Of a DNA stretch of 64,000 nucleotides, positions 53,456-64,000 are shown in pieces. Position numbers and translations under genes: made by a program. Origin of the DNA: an uncultured Bacteroidales bacterium (lineage in GTDB: Bacteria > Bacteroidota > Bacteroidia > Bacteroidales > UBA10428); assembly GCA_964592225.1 (NCBI GenBank), contig CAZQCO010000002.1, positions 18,401 to 82,400 on the forward strand. Reading direction: 5' to 3'. Below the pieces are notes generated by a model, which did not search any database, was not told the DNA's origin, and was given only the letters and a program-made list of their open reading frames with translations. The number at the start of each line of letters is the position of its first letter. Within the stretch, counting starts at the first letter, position 1.

Positions 53456-53492
53456 ATTTCTGTTTTTTAGGGATAAATTATTTTAAATAAAT

Positions 53493-53762
53493 ATGTATTT
53501 AACAGCAGAATCGAAAGAAAAAATTTTCGGAAAATACGGAAAGTCTAATAAGGACACTGGGTCTCCCGAAAGCCAGATTGCCCTGTTTTCCCACCGTATT
53601 CGCCACCTTACTGAACATCTGAAAAAGAACGCTAAAGATTTTAGTACACAGCGTGCACTTCTAAAACTGGTAGGTAAGCGCAGGAGATTACTGGATTATT
53701 TGAGAAACAAGGATATAGAAAGATATAGGGCAGTTCTAAAGGCACTTGATCTGAGAAAGTAA
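53493..53762 (+). CDS. rpsO: 30S ribosomal protein S15
   Basis: DTGSPESQIAL, HLKKNAKDFST, VGKRRRLLDYL. Confidence 0.98.
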   Translation: MYLTAESKEKIFGKYGKSNKDTGSPESQIALFSHRIRHLTEHLKKNAKDFSTQRALLKLVGKRRRLLDYLRNKDIERYRAVLKALDLRK

Positions 53763-53774
53763 TTGAATCATAAG

Positions 53775-53798
53775 GGCAATTGAACAAATTGCCTTTTT
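53775..53798 (+). terminator. Terminator or attenuator after rpsO
   Basis: GGCAATT-gaaca-AATTGCC followed by a T run. Confidence 0.6.
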
Positions 53799-53905
53799 CA
53801 TTTTTTTAAAAGAGGGGTAATTTAATCAGAGACTATCGGGCGGTAATTAATAGATTCCAGCCCCATAATTGCCTCTTTATGTAAAATTATAATTATCAAA
53901 AATAT

Positions 53906-56089
53906 ATGTACAAATCAGTCATTAAAACTATTGATCTTGGCGACGGTAGAACAATAGAAATTGAAACAGGTAAACTGGCAAAACAAGCCGATGGAGCTGT
54001 TGTAGTTAAACAAGGAAATACCATGTTATTAGGTACTGTAACTTGTTCGAAAGAGGCAAAAGAAGATGTCGATTATATGCCATTGCAGGTTGAATACAAA
54101 GAGAAATATGCATCGGCAGGAAGATTCCCCGGTGGATTTCTTAAACGCGAATCCCGGCCCGATGATTATGAAATCCTTATCTCCCGTTTGGTTGACAGGG
54201 CTCTTCGTCCATTATTCCCCGACAATTTTCATGCGGAAGTCTTTGTAAATGTATTTCTTATTTCAGCAGAAAAAGATATTATGCCCGATGCACTGGCAGG
54301 TTTGGCAGCATCGGCAGCACTTTCCGTATCCGATATCCCGTTTAACGGACCTATCTCTGAGGTACGCGTTGCGCGTATCGATGGAAAACTTGTTCTTAAT
54401 CCTTCATTCTCAGAACTAGTAAAAGCAGATATTGATATCATGGTTGGTGCCACCCTCGATAATATACTCATGGTTGAAGGTGAAATGGATGAAGTCTCAG
54501 AAGAAGAAATGCTTGAGGCAATTAAATTTGCCCATGAAGAAATTAAAAAGCACTGTAAAATTCAAATAGAACTTACAAAAGAAGTCGGTAAAGAAAATAA
54601 GAGAGAATACTCGCATGAAGTCAATGATGAAGAACTTCAGAAATTAGCGCATGAAAAGACCTATGATAAAGTATACAAAATAGTGAAATCTACACCTGGA
54701 AAACAGGATAGACATAATGCCCTTGACGAAGTCAAACAAGAATTTTCCGAATGGTATACATCAACACTCACAGAGGGAGAAGAGCCTAACGAATCACTTA
54801 TCGAGCGGTATTTTCATGAAGTGGAAAAAAAAGCTGTACGATCACTAATACTTAATGAAAAAATTAGAGTCGATGGTCGAAAAACCGACGAAATCCGACC
54901 TATTTGGTGCGAAGTAGATTATCTTCCTGCTGCCCATGGTTCATCAGTATTTACGCGTGGCGAAACACAGTCTCTCACAACCATTACTCTAGGTACCAAA
55001 CTCGATGAAAAAATTATTGATGAAGTTCTAATAAAGGGAAGTGAAAAGTTTGTCCTTCATTATAATTTCCCGCCCTTTTCGACAGGTGATGCCAGACCTT
55101 TGAGAGGTATTGGGCGACGAGAAATTGGACATGGTAATCTGGCACACAGGGCTTTGAAAAGGATGATCCCTGAAGATAATGCTTATGCTATAAGGGTTGT
55201 GTCTGATATTCTCGAGTCGAACGGTTCTTCCTCAATGGCTACTGTATGTGCAGGTACTTTAGCTCTTATGGATTCAGGCATTCAGATCAGAAAACCAGTA
55301 TCGGGCATAGCCATGGGATTGATTACCGATACCGAATCATCAAAATACGCCATCCTCTCTGATATTCTCGGCGATGAAGATCATTTAGGCGATATGGATT
55401 TTAAAGTTGCCGGAACAAAAGACGGAATTACTGCAACTCAAATGGACATAAAAGTCGAGGGCTTATCCTATGAAGTGCTGACTGAGGCCCTGAAGCAAGC
55501 TAAACAAGGCAGATTGCATATTCTCAGCAAGATGACGGAAACCCTTGACAAACCCCGTGCTGATTATAAGCCACATGTTCCCCGAATTGAAAAGATAATT
55601 ATACCAAAAGAAATGATCGGAGCACTCATTGGTCCGGGAGGAAAGGTTATTCAGGAAATACAAAATACGACAGGTTCAACCATCGTAATCGAAGAGGTAG
55701 ATAATGTTGGTGTTGTCGATGTTTTTGCTGTTGATAAGGAATCGATCGAAGCTGCCATGATGCGAATTAAGGCTATTGTTGAAGTTCCTGAAATAGGTAA
55801 AATCTATAAGGGTAAAGTTAAATCAATTGTGAACTTTGGTGCTTTTATCGAAATCCTGCCAAATAAAGATGGTTTATTACATATCTCAGAAATTGAGTGG
55901 CGCCGGATACAGAATGTCGAAGAGGTTTTAAAAGTGGGTGATACTATCGAGGTTAAGTTAATTGATGTAGATGCTAAAACCGGAAATTTGAAATTGTCAA
56001 GAAAAATTCTTTTACCTAAACCTGAGAATTCTGACAAACCTGATCGGCCAAGGGAAGGTGGAGAACGGAGACCTTACCAGGATAAATAG
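53906..56089 (+). CDS. pnp: Polyribonucleotide nucleotidyltransferase
   Basis: [47 protein letters not shown] and S1 domains. Confidence 0.98.
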   Translation: MYKSVIKTIDLGDGRTIEIETGKLAKQADGAVVVKQGNTMLLGTVTCSKEAKEDVDYMPLQVEYKEKYASAGRFPGGFLKRESRPDDYEILISRLVDRALRPLFPDNFHAEVFVNVFLISAEKDIMPDALAGLAASAALSVSDIPFNGPISEVRVARIDGKLVLNPSFSELVKADIDIMVGATLDNILMVEGEMDEVSEEEMLEAIKFAHEEIKKHCKIQIELTKEVGKENKREYSHEVNDEELQKLAHEKTYDKVYKIVKSTPGKQDRHNALDEVKQEFSEWYTSTLTEGEEPNESLIERYFHEVEKKAVRSLILNEKIRVDGRKTDEIRPIWCEVDYLPAAHGSSVFTRGETQSLTTITLGTKLDEKIIDEVLIKGSEKFVLHYNFPPFSTGDARPLRGIGRREIGHGNLAHRALKRMIPEDNAYAIRVVSDILESNGSSSMATVCAGTLALMDSGIQIRKPVSGIAMGLITDTESSKYAILSDILGDEDHLGDMDFKVAGTKDGITATQMDIKVEGLSYEVLTEALKQAKQGRLHILSKMTETLDKPRADYKPHVPRIEKIIIPKEMIGALIGPGGKVIQEIQNTTGSTIVIEEVDNVGVVDVFAVDKESIEAAMMRIKAIVEVPEIGKIYKGKVKSIVNFGAFIEILPNKDGLLHISEIEWRRIQNVEEVLKVGDTIEVKLIDVDAKTGNLKLSRKILLPKPENSDKPDRPREGGERRPYQDK

Positions 56090-56096
56090 AATAAAC

Positions 56097-56119
56097 AGCC
56101 CTTTCTAAGGGCTTTTTTT
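56097..56119 (+). terminator. Terminator after pnp
   Basis: AGCCCTT-tct-AAGGGCT followed by a T run. Confidence 0.75.
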
Positions 56120-56134
56120 ATCTTCCAATAGGCT

Positions 56135-56617
56135 ATGAATTCATGGAGTAAAGACTACCTTACTAAATTGGAAAAAATACGAGATCAGATTTCTTCATCA
56201 GATTTTCGTTTTTACAACATTGGGCGTCTGCCATTGATTGCCAAAAAAACTGAAGAATTCTCAAAAAAATGTGGCACCTGCAAATCAAACCTGCAGATAC
56301 TTACTGATCTTGCCGAAATGTTGCCCGGATGTCTTCTTAAACCCGATACAAGAAAAAAATTTGAAGTTGAAAAATCCCGAATAGAAATACACCTTCATAA
56401 AGATCACCATATTCAATATGCTAACTTCTATTATTCCTACTATAGCTTTTTCGGTATTCTATCAGGGCTTATTGCAGGAAGTTCTCTCAGCATCGCCATT
56501 TTGGGAGCAATAAATTTAAATTATCTCCTTATTTCGGGCATTCTTGGATTATTATCGGGTCAGATAATCGGAAAAAGACTTGATCGAAAAAAATATCAAA
56601 ATAAAGATCAGATTTAG
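56135..56617 (+). CDS. Hypothetical protein with two C-terminal TM helices
   Basis: 160-aa ORF, CxxC (CGTC), two hydrophobic segments. Confidence 0.55.
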   Translation: MNSWSKDYLTKLEKIRDQISSSDFRFYNIGRLPLIAKKTEEFSKKCGTCKSNLQILTDLAEMLPGCLLKPDTRKKFEVEKSRIEIHLHKDHHIQYANFYYSYYSFFGILSGLIAGSSLSIAILGAINLNYLLISGILGLLSGQIIGKRLDRKKYQNKDQI

Positions 56618-56906
56618 TAAATCCCTTATTAATTGAATCTATATTGTTAATTCACTTATATATAATGTGTTAAGAGAGTTAAAAATCAATAAATCGATAC
56701 TTCGTATTATTGTTAACAAAATATTCTTAATAATTTATACTGTTGATATCTAAGCGGTTTCCTAATTTTTCTTAATTTAGCATAAAGTTAAAACCTCTCT
56801 AATGGTTTTGCTTTTTTAATATTGAAAACATTGCTATGTTTGTATGTAAGCATTATTTGAAATTCAAACCAGCATCATTAAACTTAAATTAAATAATTAT
56901 TAAAAC

Positions 56907-58628
56907 ATGAAAAAACTTACGCTGAACCTATTAACACTTGGTATTGCTGCCATCGTGCTTAGCAGTTGTGGAGGTCTTTCAAAAATGGTTGAAAACTCCA
57001 GCACAGTTAAATACGTGGTCACTCCGTCTCCACTTGAAACTCATGGTGGTGAAATTGAAGTAACCATTAAAACAACTTTTCCAGAAAAATATTTTAACAA
57101 AAAGGCTGTTGTTATTGCCACACCTGTGTTAAAATATGAAGGAGGACAAACTGAATTCGAATCAACTACACTTCAGGGCGAAAAGGTAGAAGCAAATAAT
57201 AAAGTTATCCCCTATCTGGGTGGAGAATACTCATTCACTGGAAAAATTCCCTACCTGCCCGAGATGTTGAAATCGGAATTGGTTGTGGAAATGAGTGCTC
57301 AAATTAAGGATAAAACTCCTGTTCCTATCCCAGGGATTAAAATTGCCGATGGAGTTATTGCTACTTCAACCCTGGTAAAAATTGATCCTATGACAATCCT
57401 TATGGGTGATAAATTCCAAAGGATCACTTCAGAATCATACGATGCTGAGATTCTATATGTAATCAATAAATATGATGTACGTAATACAGAATTAAAGAAA
57501 GCAGAAATTAAAGCTTTCCAGGAAAAAATTGCTCAGGCTGCCGGTGATTCAAACATTCAAATCAAGGGTTCAACTATTGCTTCCTATGCATCACCCGATG
57601 GTGAATATGATCTGAATGAAAAACTTTCCGGTAATCGTGGAACTTCAGCCGAAAGATTCCTGACTCGTCAGCTTAAAAAGATGAAAGTTGAAGGTTATGA
57701 TGTTGAAGGATTCCTGAAATCAATAGAAACAGCTGAAGACTGGGATGGTTTCAAAGAACTCATGGAAGGTTCTGATATTCAGGATAAGGAACTTATTTTA
57801 CGGGTTCTCTCAATGTATTCCGATCCTGCCGTAAGAGAGAAAGAAATCAAAAATATTGCTCAGGCATTTGAAGAAATTAAAGTGAAGATATTACCGCTAC
57901 TGCGTCGCTCACAATTGGCAGTGAATGTTGATAATATCGGATACTCCGATGAAGAAATCACAGCACTGGCTCAAAGCAATATTGATACTTTAAAGCTAGA
58001 AGAAGTGCTTTATGCAGCAACTTTAACTGATGATGTTAAAGAAAAACTCAGAATTTATCAGGCTGCAGCCAAGAAGTTTCCTGCTTGTATAAGAGCTATA
58101 AATAATGTTGGTTATATATACATGCAAATGGGTAAACTGGCGGAAGCAAAAGCTGCATTCCAGCAAGCTCAAGCAATAAAAGATATCGACATTGTTAAAA
58201 ACAACCTGGGAGCTGTGGCTCTAGCAGAAGGTGATATGGCTACTGCTGAAAAATTATTTACCTCAGCAATGGGAGCCGGTGATGTAGTAAACTACAACCT
58301 GGGAATTATAAAAATTAAGCAAGGTGATTATACTGCTGCTGTAAATTACTTCGGAAATAAACCTTCATTCAATGCCGCTTTAGCTCAACTGCTCAATGGT
58401 AATGTTGACAAGTGTTTAACTACACTGGGTGAACTTGGTGATGTTGACGATGCTATGGTTTACTACCTGAAAGCTGTTGCCGGTGCTCGTGGCAATAAAC
58501 AAGAAGTAATGATCAACAACCTGCGCAAAGCTGTTGAAAAAGATGCCGCTCTTAAAGCATACGCTAAAAAAGATGCCGAATTCCTGAAATTTGCATCAAA
58601 TGAAGCATTTGCCGGTATTGTAGAATAA
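56907..58628 (+). CDS. TPR-containing lipoprotein
   Basis: Lipobox LSSC, OmpA-like YASPDGEYDLN segment, C-terminal TPRs. Confidence 0.8.
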   Translation: MKKLTLNLLTLGIAAIVLSSCGGLSKMVENSSTVKYVVTPSPLETHGGEIEVTIKTTFPEKYFNKKAVVIATPVLKYEGGQTEFESTTLQGEKVEANNKVIPYLGGEYSFTGKIPYLPEMLKSELVVEMSAQIKDKTPVPIPGIKIADGVIATSTLVKIDPMTILMGDKFQRITSESYDAEILYVINKYDVRNTELKKAEIKAFQEKIAQAAGDSNIQIKGSTIASYASPDGEYDLNEKLSGNRGTSAERFLTRQLKKMKVEGYDVEGFLKSIETAEDWDGFKELMEGSDIQDKELILRVLSMYSDPAVREKEIKNIAQAFEEIKVKILPLLRRSQLAVNVDNIGYSDEEITALAQSNIDTLKLEEVLYAATLTDDVKEKLRIYQAAAKKFPACIRAINNVGYIYMQMGKLAEAKAAFQQAQAIKDIDIVKNNLGAVALAEGDMATAEKLFTSAMGAGDVVNYNLGIIKIKQGDYTAAVNYFGNKPSFNAALAQLLNGNVDKCLTTLGELGDVDDAMVYYLKAVAGARGNKQEVMINNLRKAVEKDAALKAYAKKDAEFLKFASNEAFAGIVE

Positions 58629-58645
58629 AAAGAATTATTCAATAT

Positions 58646-58677
58646 AAAAAAACGGCCTGCTTTACAGGCCGTTTTTT
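58646..58677. terminator. Bidirectional terminator
   Basis: AAAAAAACGGCCTG-cttta-CAGGCCGTTTTTT between convergent genes. Confidence 0.85.
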
Positions 58678-59251
58678 ATTTGATAGAAGTGTAATTTAAT
58701 TTCTGGAAAAAATTCCAAATTATTATTCCCGCACACACTGAAATATTCAATGAATGCTTCGTGCCGAACTGAGGAATTTCGATTGTGAAATCACATTGAT
58801 TGACAATCTCCTGTTTCACTCCCCTTACTTCATGCCCAAATACTACAGCATAATGTTGATCGCTTACAGGATTAAAATTCTGAAGCAATATACTATTCTC
58901 AGTCTGCTCAATGGCCACCAACCGATATCCTTTAATTTTCAGTTCCTGTATTGCTTGCAGGGTTTCTTTGTAATAAACCCACTCAACTGAATCGGTCGAA
59001 CCAAGTGCAGTTTTATGAATATCCTTTTTTGGAGGTATAGCGGTTATTCCGCAGAGATAAATTTTTTCAACCAGGAATGCATCTGATGTACGAAATATCG
59101 ACCCGATATTGTGCATACTCCTTACATTATCAAGAACAATCACCAGTGGAGTTTTTTTCTTGTTTTTGAATTCTTCCACATTGAGGCGATCCAGTTCATC
59201 ATTTCGAAGCTTTCTCATCACTCGCAGTTTATGATCAGTACAAATCAACAA
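58676..59251 (-). CDS. SpoU/TrmH-family RNA methyltransferase (likely start ATG 59218)
   Basis: VLDNVRSMHNIGSIFRTSDA, FGHEVRG, IPQFGTKHSLNISV. Confidence 0.9.
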   Translation of the reverse strand: MLICTDHKLRVMRKLRNDELDRLNVEEFKNKKKTPLVIVLDNVRSMHNIGSIFRTSDAFLVEKIYLCGITAIPPKKDIHKTALGSTDSVEWVYYKETLQAIQELKIKGYRLVAIEQTENSILLQNFNPVSDQHYAVVFGHEVRGVKQEIVNQCDFTIEIPQFGTKHSLNISVCAGIIIWNFFQKLNYTSIK

Positions 59252-59368
59252 AAAAAAAATATCTAATTAAAGTCATTAACCAAGAAGACACGATTCGTAA
59301 AGTGTTTTATTTGTTGTACTAAAAAAAATGGATATTTTCGTAGCCCATTAGTTTAATCGCTGATTGTT

Positions 59369-60559
59369 ATGAATATTCACGAATATCAGGGAAAGTCGAT
59401 CTTACTGAAATATGGTGTACAAATACCAGCAGGTAAAGTAGTATTTACGCCAGATGAAGCAAGAAAAGCTGCATTAGAAATACAGAAATCAACCGGAACT
59501 GATACATGGGCTGTAAAAGCTCAGATCCACGCTGGAGGAAGAGGAAAAGGAGGTGGTGTCAAAATAGCCAGATCGCTTGATGAAGTTGAAAAATATTCGA
59601 ATGAGATAATAGGAATGAACCTGGTAACACATCAAACAGGTCCGGAAGGTAAAAAAGTACAGAAAGTATTGATCGAGCAAGGCATTTATTATCCCGGAGA
59701 AAGCCCTGTTAAAGAGTATTATATGAGTATCCTGCTCAACAGGAATACTTGCAGGAATAGTATCATATATTCAATTGAAGGAGGAATGGACATTGAGACA
59801 GTGGCAGAGAAAACTCCTCACTTAATCTTCAGGGAAGAGATAGATCCGGGGATTGGACTACAAGCTTACCAGGCAAGAAATATTGCATTCAATCTGAAGT
59901 TAACAGGTAAAGCATTTAAGGAAATGACAAAATTTGTACATTCTCTTTACAGTGCTTACCTGGGAAGCGATGCTTCACTGTTTGAGATCAACCCGGTAGT
60001 AAAAACATCCGACAACAGGATAATTGCAGCCGATGCAAAAGTAAATCTAGATGACAATGCGCTGATCCGTCATCCGGAATATCTGGAGATGAGAGATCAT
60101 GCCGAAGAAGACCCTTCCGAGGTGGAAGCCTCAGAGTTTGGGCTTAATTTTATTAAACTTGATGGGAATGTAGGATGTATGGTCAATGGAGCAGGCCTGG
60201 CCATGGCCACAATGGATATAATTAAATTATCAGGTGGATATCCCGCCAATTTTCTGGATGTAGGGGGCTCGGCTAATGCACAAACTGTAGAAGCTGGTTT
60301 TAGAATCATCCTGAAGGACCCTCAGGTTAAAGCCATCCTTATCAATATTTTCGGAGGAATTGTCCGCTGCGACAGGGTTGCACAAGGAGTCGTCGATGCC
60401 TATAATCTTATAGGTGATATCAAGATACCTGTAATAGTGAGACTTCAGGGAACTAATGCTGAAGAAGGTATAAAACTGATAGACGACTCAGGATTAAAAG
60501 TTTATTCAGCTATTACTTTGCAAGAAGCTGCCGATCTGGTTAAAACTGTTGTGAAATAG
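59369..60559 (+). CDS. sucC: Succinyl-CoA ligase beta subunit
   Basis: MNIHEYQGK, VKAQIHAGGRGKGGG, GCMVNGAGLAMATMD, NIFGGIVRCD. Confidence 0.97.
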   Translation: MNIHEYQGKSILLKYGVQIPAGKVVFTPDEARKAALEIQKSTGTDTWAVKAQIHAGGRGKGGGVKIARSLDEVEKYSNEIIGMNLVTHQTGPEGKKVQKVLIEQGIYYPGESPVKEYYMSILLNRNTCRNSIIYSIEGGMDIETVAEKTPHLIFREEIDPGIGLQAYQARNIAFNLKLTGKAFKEMTKFVHSLYSAYLGSDASLFEINPVVKTSDNRIIAADAKVNLDDNALIRHPEYLEMRDHAEEDPSEVEASEFGLNFIKLDGNVGCMVNGAGLAMATMDIIKLSGGYPANFLDVGGSANAQTVEAGFRIILKDPQVKAILINIFGGIVRCDRVAQGVVDAYNLIGDIKIPVIVRLQGTNAEEGIKLIDDSGLKVYSAITLQEAADLVKTVVK

Positions 60560-61014
60560 ACTAAGGAGTAAGGAAAAAAACCTAAATGAATAAATTATCC
60601 TCAGTTTATGTTAAAGCATTTATTTTGTATTCTTCTCTTCTTAAAAGACTTATTATTTTATCTGCTATCTTTGTTTTAGTGTACTGAATAAATTGGATAA
60701 TTTCTTAACCAGATATTATCTGCTAGGATACGTCATGAAAAAGTTACATAAACTCATTTTATACCATAGCATCTTTCCGTTTGGATATACATAAATTACC
60801 GGGATATATTCCCTATATAATAATTTTCATGGCCTGATAGGATCAATATTGTCGTAGATAATATTCACTAAGTGCCTTATCCATAAATCTCATTTATAAT
60901 GATCCTGTTTGTGCTAATCTTTATCATATATTATTTTATCGAATCTATTTACTTTAGAGTATTATATGGCTTAAGATATTACATGTAAATAAAAAATATT
61001 TAAACAGAAAAACA

Positions 61015-62355
61015 ATGAATAAAAGAAATATTATCATCATTGGGGCTGCAGGCCGTGATTTTCACAATTTTAATACTTATTTCAGAAATAATAATAATTA
61101 TAATGTGGTGGCTTTTACAGCTGCTCAAATACCTGATATAGAAGAAAGAAAATATCCTGCAGAGTTAGCCGGAAAATTATACCAGAATGGTATATCCATT
61201 TATAATGAAGAAGAACTGCCAAGACTAATTAAGGAGTATGATGTGCATGAATGTGTTTTTTCGTACAGTGACATACCCTATACCAGAGTTATGGCAGTAA
61301 GCGCTGTTGTAAATGCTGCCGGAGCAAATTTTGTGCTTTTAGGATGGAAAGAAACCATGATTAAAAGCACTAAACCTTTAATTGCGGTTGGAGCGGTCAG
61401 AACAGGTTGTGGTAAAAGCCAGACATCGAGAAGAATAATTGAGATATTAATGCAAAAAGGATTAAAAGTAGTGGCTATAAGGCATCCGATGCCTTATGGA
61501 AATCTTATTGACCAAAAAGTACAGCGTTTTGCCGAGGTTGGTGATCTGAAAAAACACCATTGCACAATAGAAGAAATGGAGGAATATGAGCCACACATTG
61601 TAAGAGGAAATGTTATATATGCAGGTGTGGATTATGAAGCCATTTTAAAAGCTGCTGAGAACGATCCTAAAGGATGTGATATTATTTTATGGGATGGAGG
61701 AAACAACGATTTCCCGTTTTATAAACCTGATCTGATGGTAACTGTTGTTGATCCGCATCGTGCCGGCCATGAATTAAAATATTATCCCGGTGAAGTCACA
61801 CTAAGACTTGCTGACGTAACGATCATAAATAAAATTGATAGTGCAGACTCAGACGCAATAGAACTCGTCAGGAAAAATATTGAAAAAGTAAATCCTCATT
61901 CTATAATAATTGATGGTGCATCACCCATTAAGGTCGATGATCCTTCGGTCATAAGAAATAAACGGGTTTTAGTAGTAGAAGATGGACCCACCCTTACCCA
62001 TGGAGAGATGAAAATTGGTGCAGGTACAGTAGCTGCTAAAAAGTTTGGCGCTTCAGAATTAGTTGATCCCAGACCATTTACCATAGGTAAACTATCAGAA
62101 ACTTTTAGGTTGTATCCGGAAATAGGGACTTTACTTCCTGCAATGGGCTATGGAAAAGAACAATTACAGGATTTGGAAACTACCATAAATAATACTGATT
62201 GTGATAGTGTGATAATAGGAACTCCAATTGATCTGAACAGGATTATAAAAATTACCAAACCCAATACGAGAGTTTATTACGACTTACAGGAGATAGGAGA
62301 GCCCGATCTGAATAGCATTCTTGATGAATTTATTTCAAAATACAAACTAGGATAA
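61015..62355 (+). CDS. Cyclic 2,3-diphosphoglycerate synthetase-like P-loop GTPase
   Basis: GAAGRDFHNFN, AVRTGCGKSQT, RHPMPYG, EEMEEYEPH, WDGGNND, EDGPTLTHG. Confidence 0.8.
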   Translation: MNKRNIIIIGAAGRDFHNFNTYFRNNNNYNVVAFTAAQIPDIEERKYPAELAGKLYQNGISIYNEEELPRLIKEYDVHECVFSYSDIPYTRVMAVSAVVNAAGANFVLLGWKETMIKSTKPLIAVGAVRTGCGKSQTSRRIIEILMQKGLKVVAIRHPMPYGNLIDQKVQRFAEVGDLKKHHCTIEEMEEYEPHIVRGNVIYAGVDYEAILKAAENDPKGCDIILWDGGNNDFPFYKPDLMVTVVDPHRAGHELKYYPGEVTLRLADVTIINKIDSADSDAIELVRKNIEKVNPHSIIIDGASPIKVDDPSVIRNKRVLVVEDGPTLTHGEMKIGAGTVAAKKFGASELVDPRPFTIGKLSETFRLYPEIGTLLPAMGYGKEQLQDLETTINNTDCDSVIIGTPIDLNRIIKITKPNTRVYYDLQEIGEPDLNSILDEFISKYKLG

Positions 62356-62680
62356 TTCTTTCAGCGGCTAGCTTTAAAGTGTGTTATTTTACAGGGCGTT
62401 GGATATTTTATACTTATTGTAACTCATTCCATAGGCCATTTGTTTATTATTTCACAGACCACTTCTGCTGAAGCAGACGAAGATTTGTGCTTGAATCTGA
62501 CAAGAAATAACCAGGAATCCGGAAAGTGTCTCAGATCAGTCATCTCAGGCTTGTCAACTAAATAATGATGTGGATTATTGCTTTCAGACAAGTATAAAAT
62601 TCTGGCATATAATTTCGAACTTGCCTGAAAAAGTCCTTGTCAGGATCTTAATGCATCTTAATCATAGAACAGTATCTGAC

Positions 62681-63169
62681 TTAATCGGCTTTAAAATTAA
62701 TCTTTCGGTGCGTTCCATCGCAAAACGGCAATTTTTTCGAATGCCCGCAACGACAAAAGGTAGCTATCTTCATTTGTTTAAGAGTCCCCCCTGTTGAACT
62801 TTTGATAGAAAAATTTCCTTTTATCACTAATGGCCCGTCTTTCATGACTTTCACCTCAGTTTCAGGTTCAGTAATTTCTTCGGTACTCTCTTGTTTGCTA
62901 CTTCCGGTTTCTGCTTCTTCCGACTTTTTGTCGTCATTATATTTAAATGAAAGAGCCCCGGTCGGACATAGATTCACCACTCTGATTATTTCATCAGTTG
63001 GTGCCCCATTCATGTCAACCCAGGGACGATTCCTGGGATTAAATACTTCAATAAGTTCTCTGTAACAAGTTGTTACATGAATACATTTTAAGGGTTTCCA
63101 GAAAACTGTGATTTCACCATTTGTGTATTCCCTGTTATTCTTCCCGTGTCTGTCATCTTCCATTACCAA
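62681..63169 (-). CDS. Divergent 4Fe-4S domain plus CDGSH Fe-S domain protein
   Basis: WKPLKCIHVTTC, CPTGALS, CRCGHSKKLPFCDGTH. Confidence 0.85.
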   Translation of the reverse strand: MVMEDDRHGKNNREYTNGEITVFWKPLKCIHVTTCYRELIEVFNPRNRPWVDMNGAPTDEIIRVVNLCPTGALSFKYNDDKKSEEAETGSSKQESTEEITEPETEVKVMKDGPLVIKGNFSIKSSTGGTLKQMKIATFCRCGHSKKLPFCDGTHRKINFKAD

Positions 63170-63281
63170 TCCGATTTATTATTCCTTGACAAAATTCAGA
63201 AATCTGAATTAAAAAAGTAACAAGAATTTCAAACTAATAATACGTAAATTCGTTTAATCTACATGAAAAATGGTATAGAAA

Positions 63282-63908
63282 TTGAGTAATAGTCGAATAA
63301 ATCATAGTATGACCTTTAAGCTTTTCATTGGATTGATAATCACTTTTCTTATTTCTGGCACTATTTTTAGTCAGGATACACTGGTACTTTCAGAATCGGA
63401 AGTTCTGTATGGAGTAATAACTGACGGTGATACTCTGCTATTTTCATATATTGAACCTATACATATTTTTCCCGGCCATAAATTTAATTCAAGAAGAGAA
63501 TGGCGACGTTATGACCGCCTTATTAGAAATGTTAAAAAGGTGTATCCATATGCTAAATTGGCAGGTGCTGAATATGATACATTAGCAAAACGTATGTTAA
63601 GCTTGGAAACTGAAAAAGAGAGGAGGCAGTATATTAAGCAGGTGGAATCGGAAATTATGAATGAGTACGAGGACGATCTGAAAAAACTCACCATTACACA
63701 AGGAAGAATTCTCCTGAAACTTATTGATAGAGAAATCGGTGAAACATCGTACGATCTTTTAAAAGAGTTGAAAGGGTCGTTCAGTGCGTTTTTCTGGCAA
63801 ACTCTTGCACGTATTTTCGGACATAATCTCAAAAGTGAGTTCGATCCGACTGGTGAGGATAAACTGTTGAATGAAATTATGATCCTTATCGAAAACGGCC
63901 AACTCTGA
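63282..63908 (+). CDS. DUF4294 family protein (likely start ATG 63309)
   Basis: RNVKKVYPYAK, LKKLTITQGRILLKLIDRE, AFFWQTLARIFG. Confidence 0.8.
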   Translation: MSNSRINHSMTFKLFIGLIITFLISGTIFSQDTLVLSESEVLYGVITDGDTLLFSYIEPIHIFPGHKFNSRREWRRYDRLIRNVKKVYPYAKLAGAEYDTLAKRMLSLETEKERRQYIKQVESEIMNEYEDDLKKLTITQGRILLKLIDREIGETSYDLLKELKGSFSAFFWQTLARIFGHNLKSEFDPTGEDKLLNEIMILIENGQL

Positions 63909-64000
63909 TCACTCATTATTCTGTAAAATGATCCGACTTTTTATAGGCATAAAAATAAAACCACTTCCTGTTTTAAAAGAACTTCGATCAAATCTGATTG

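Noticed and set aside
60560-61014. 455-bp AT-rich gap after sucC as a possible ncRNA or small gene
   Set aside because: Only very short ORFs and no convincing stems or repeats seen.
63910-64000. Possible 3' end of a minus-strand gene at the window edge
   Set aside because: About 30 open codons with no recognisable motif; cannot be assigned.

Overview
AT-rich chromosomal window from a Bacteroidota genome, probably Bacteroidales-like. This is inferred from SusC/SusD, a hybrid two-component system (HTCS), T9SS-type proteins and TAnnTTTG promoters. Gene order: era(3' end)-der, a PorE-like OmpA protein, and a beta-mannan/manno-oligosaccharide PUL (HTCS, GH130, SusC, SusD, cellobiose 2-epimerase, GH2). 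Next come three glutamine synthetase classes (GSI remnant, GSII, GSIII), an OmpR-type two-component system beside two catalytic-domain-less tandem jelly-roll proteins, a T9SS fasciclin, and transporters. Then tRNA-Phe, a B12-type MerR (CarH/LitR)-ECF sigma-folE cassette, and housekeeping genes (purM-like, prfA, pyrF, rpsO, pnp, sucC). Two signals are not explained by the gene list. (1) A 343-bp integrase-free unit in the tRNA-Phe locus: an 85-aa GIY-YIG nuclease gene ends inside a duplicated 3' half of the tRNA, whose T-loop carries a 35-nt nested palindrome. (2) A 30-bp palindrome, TGTTTA(A/C)-N16-TTAAACA, occurs four times with identical spacing, twice before the fasciclin gene and twice before the ECF sigma gene. 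All product calls come from motif recognition by eye; no database search was run.
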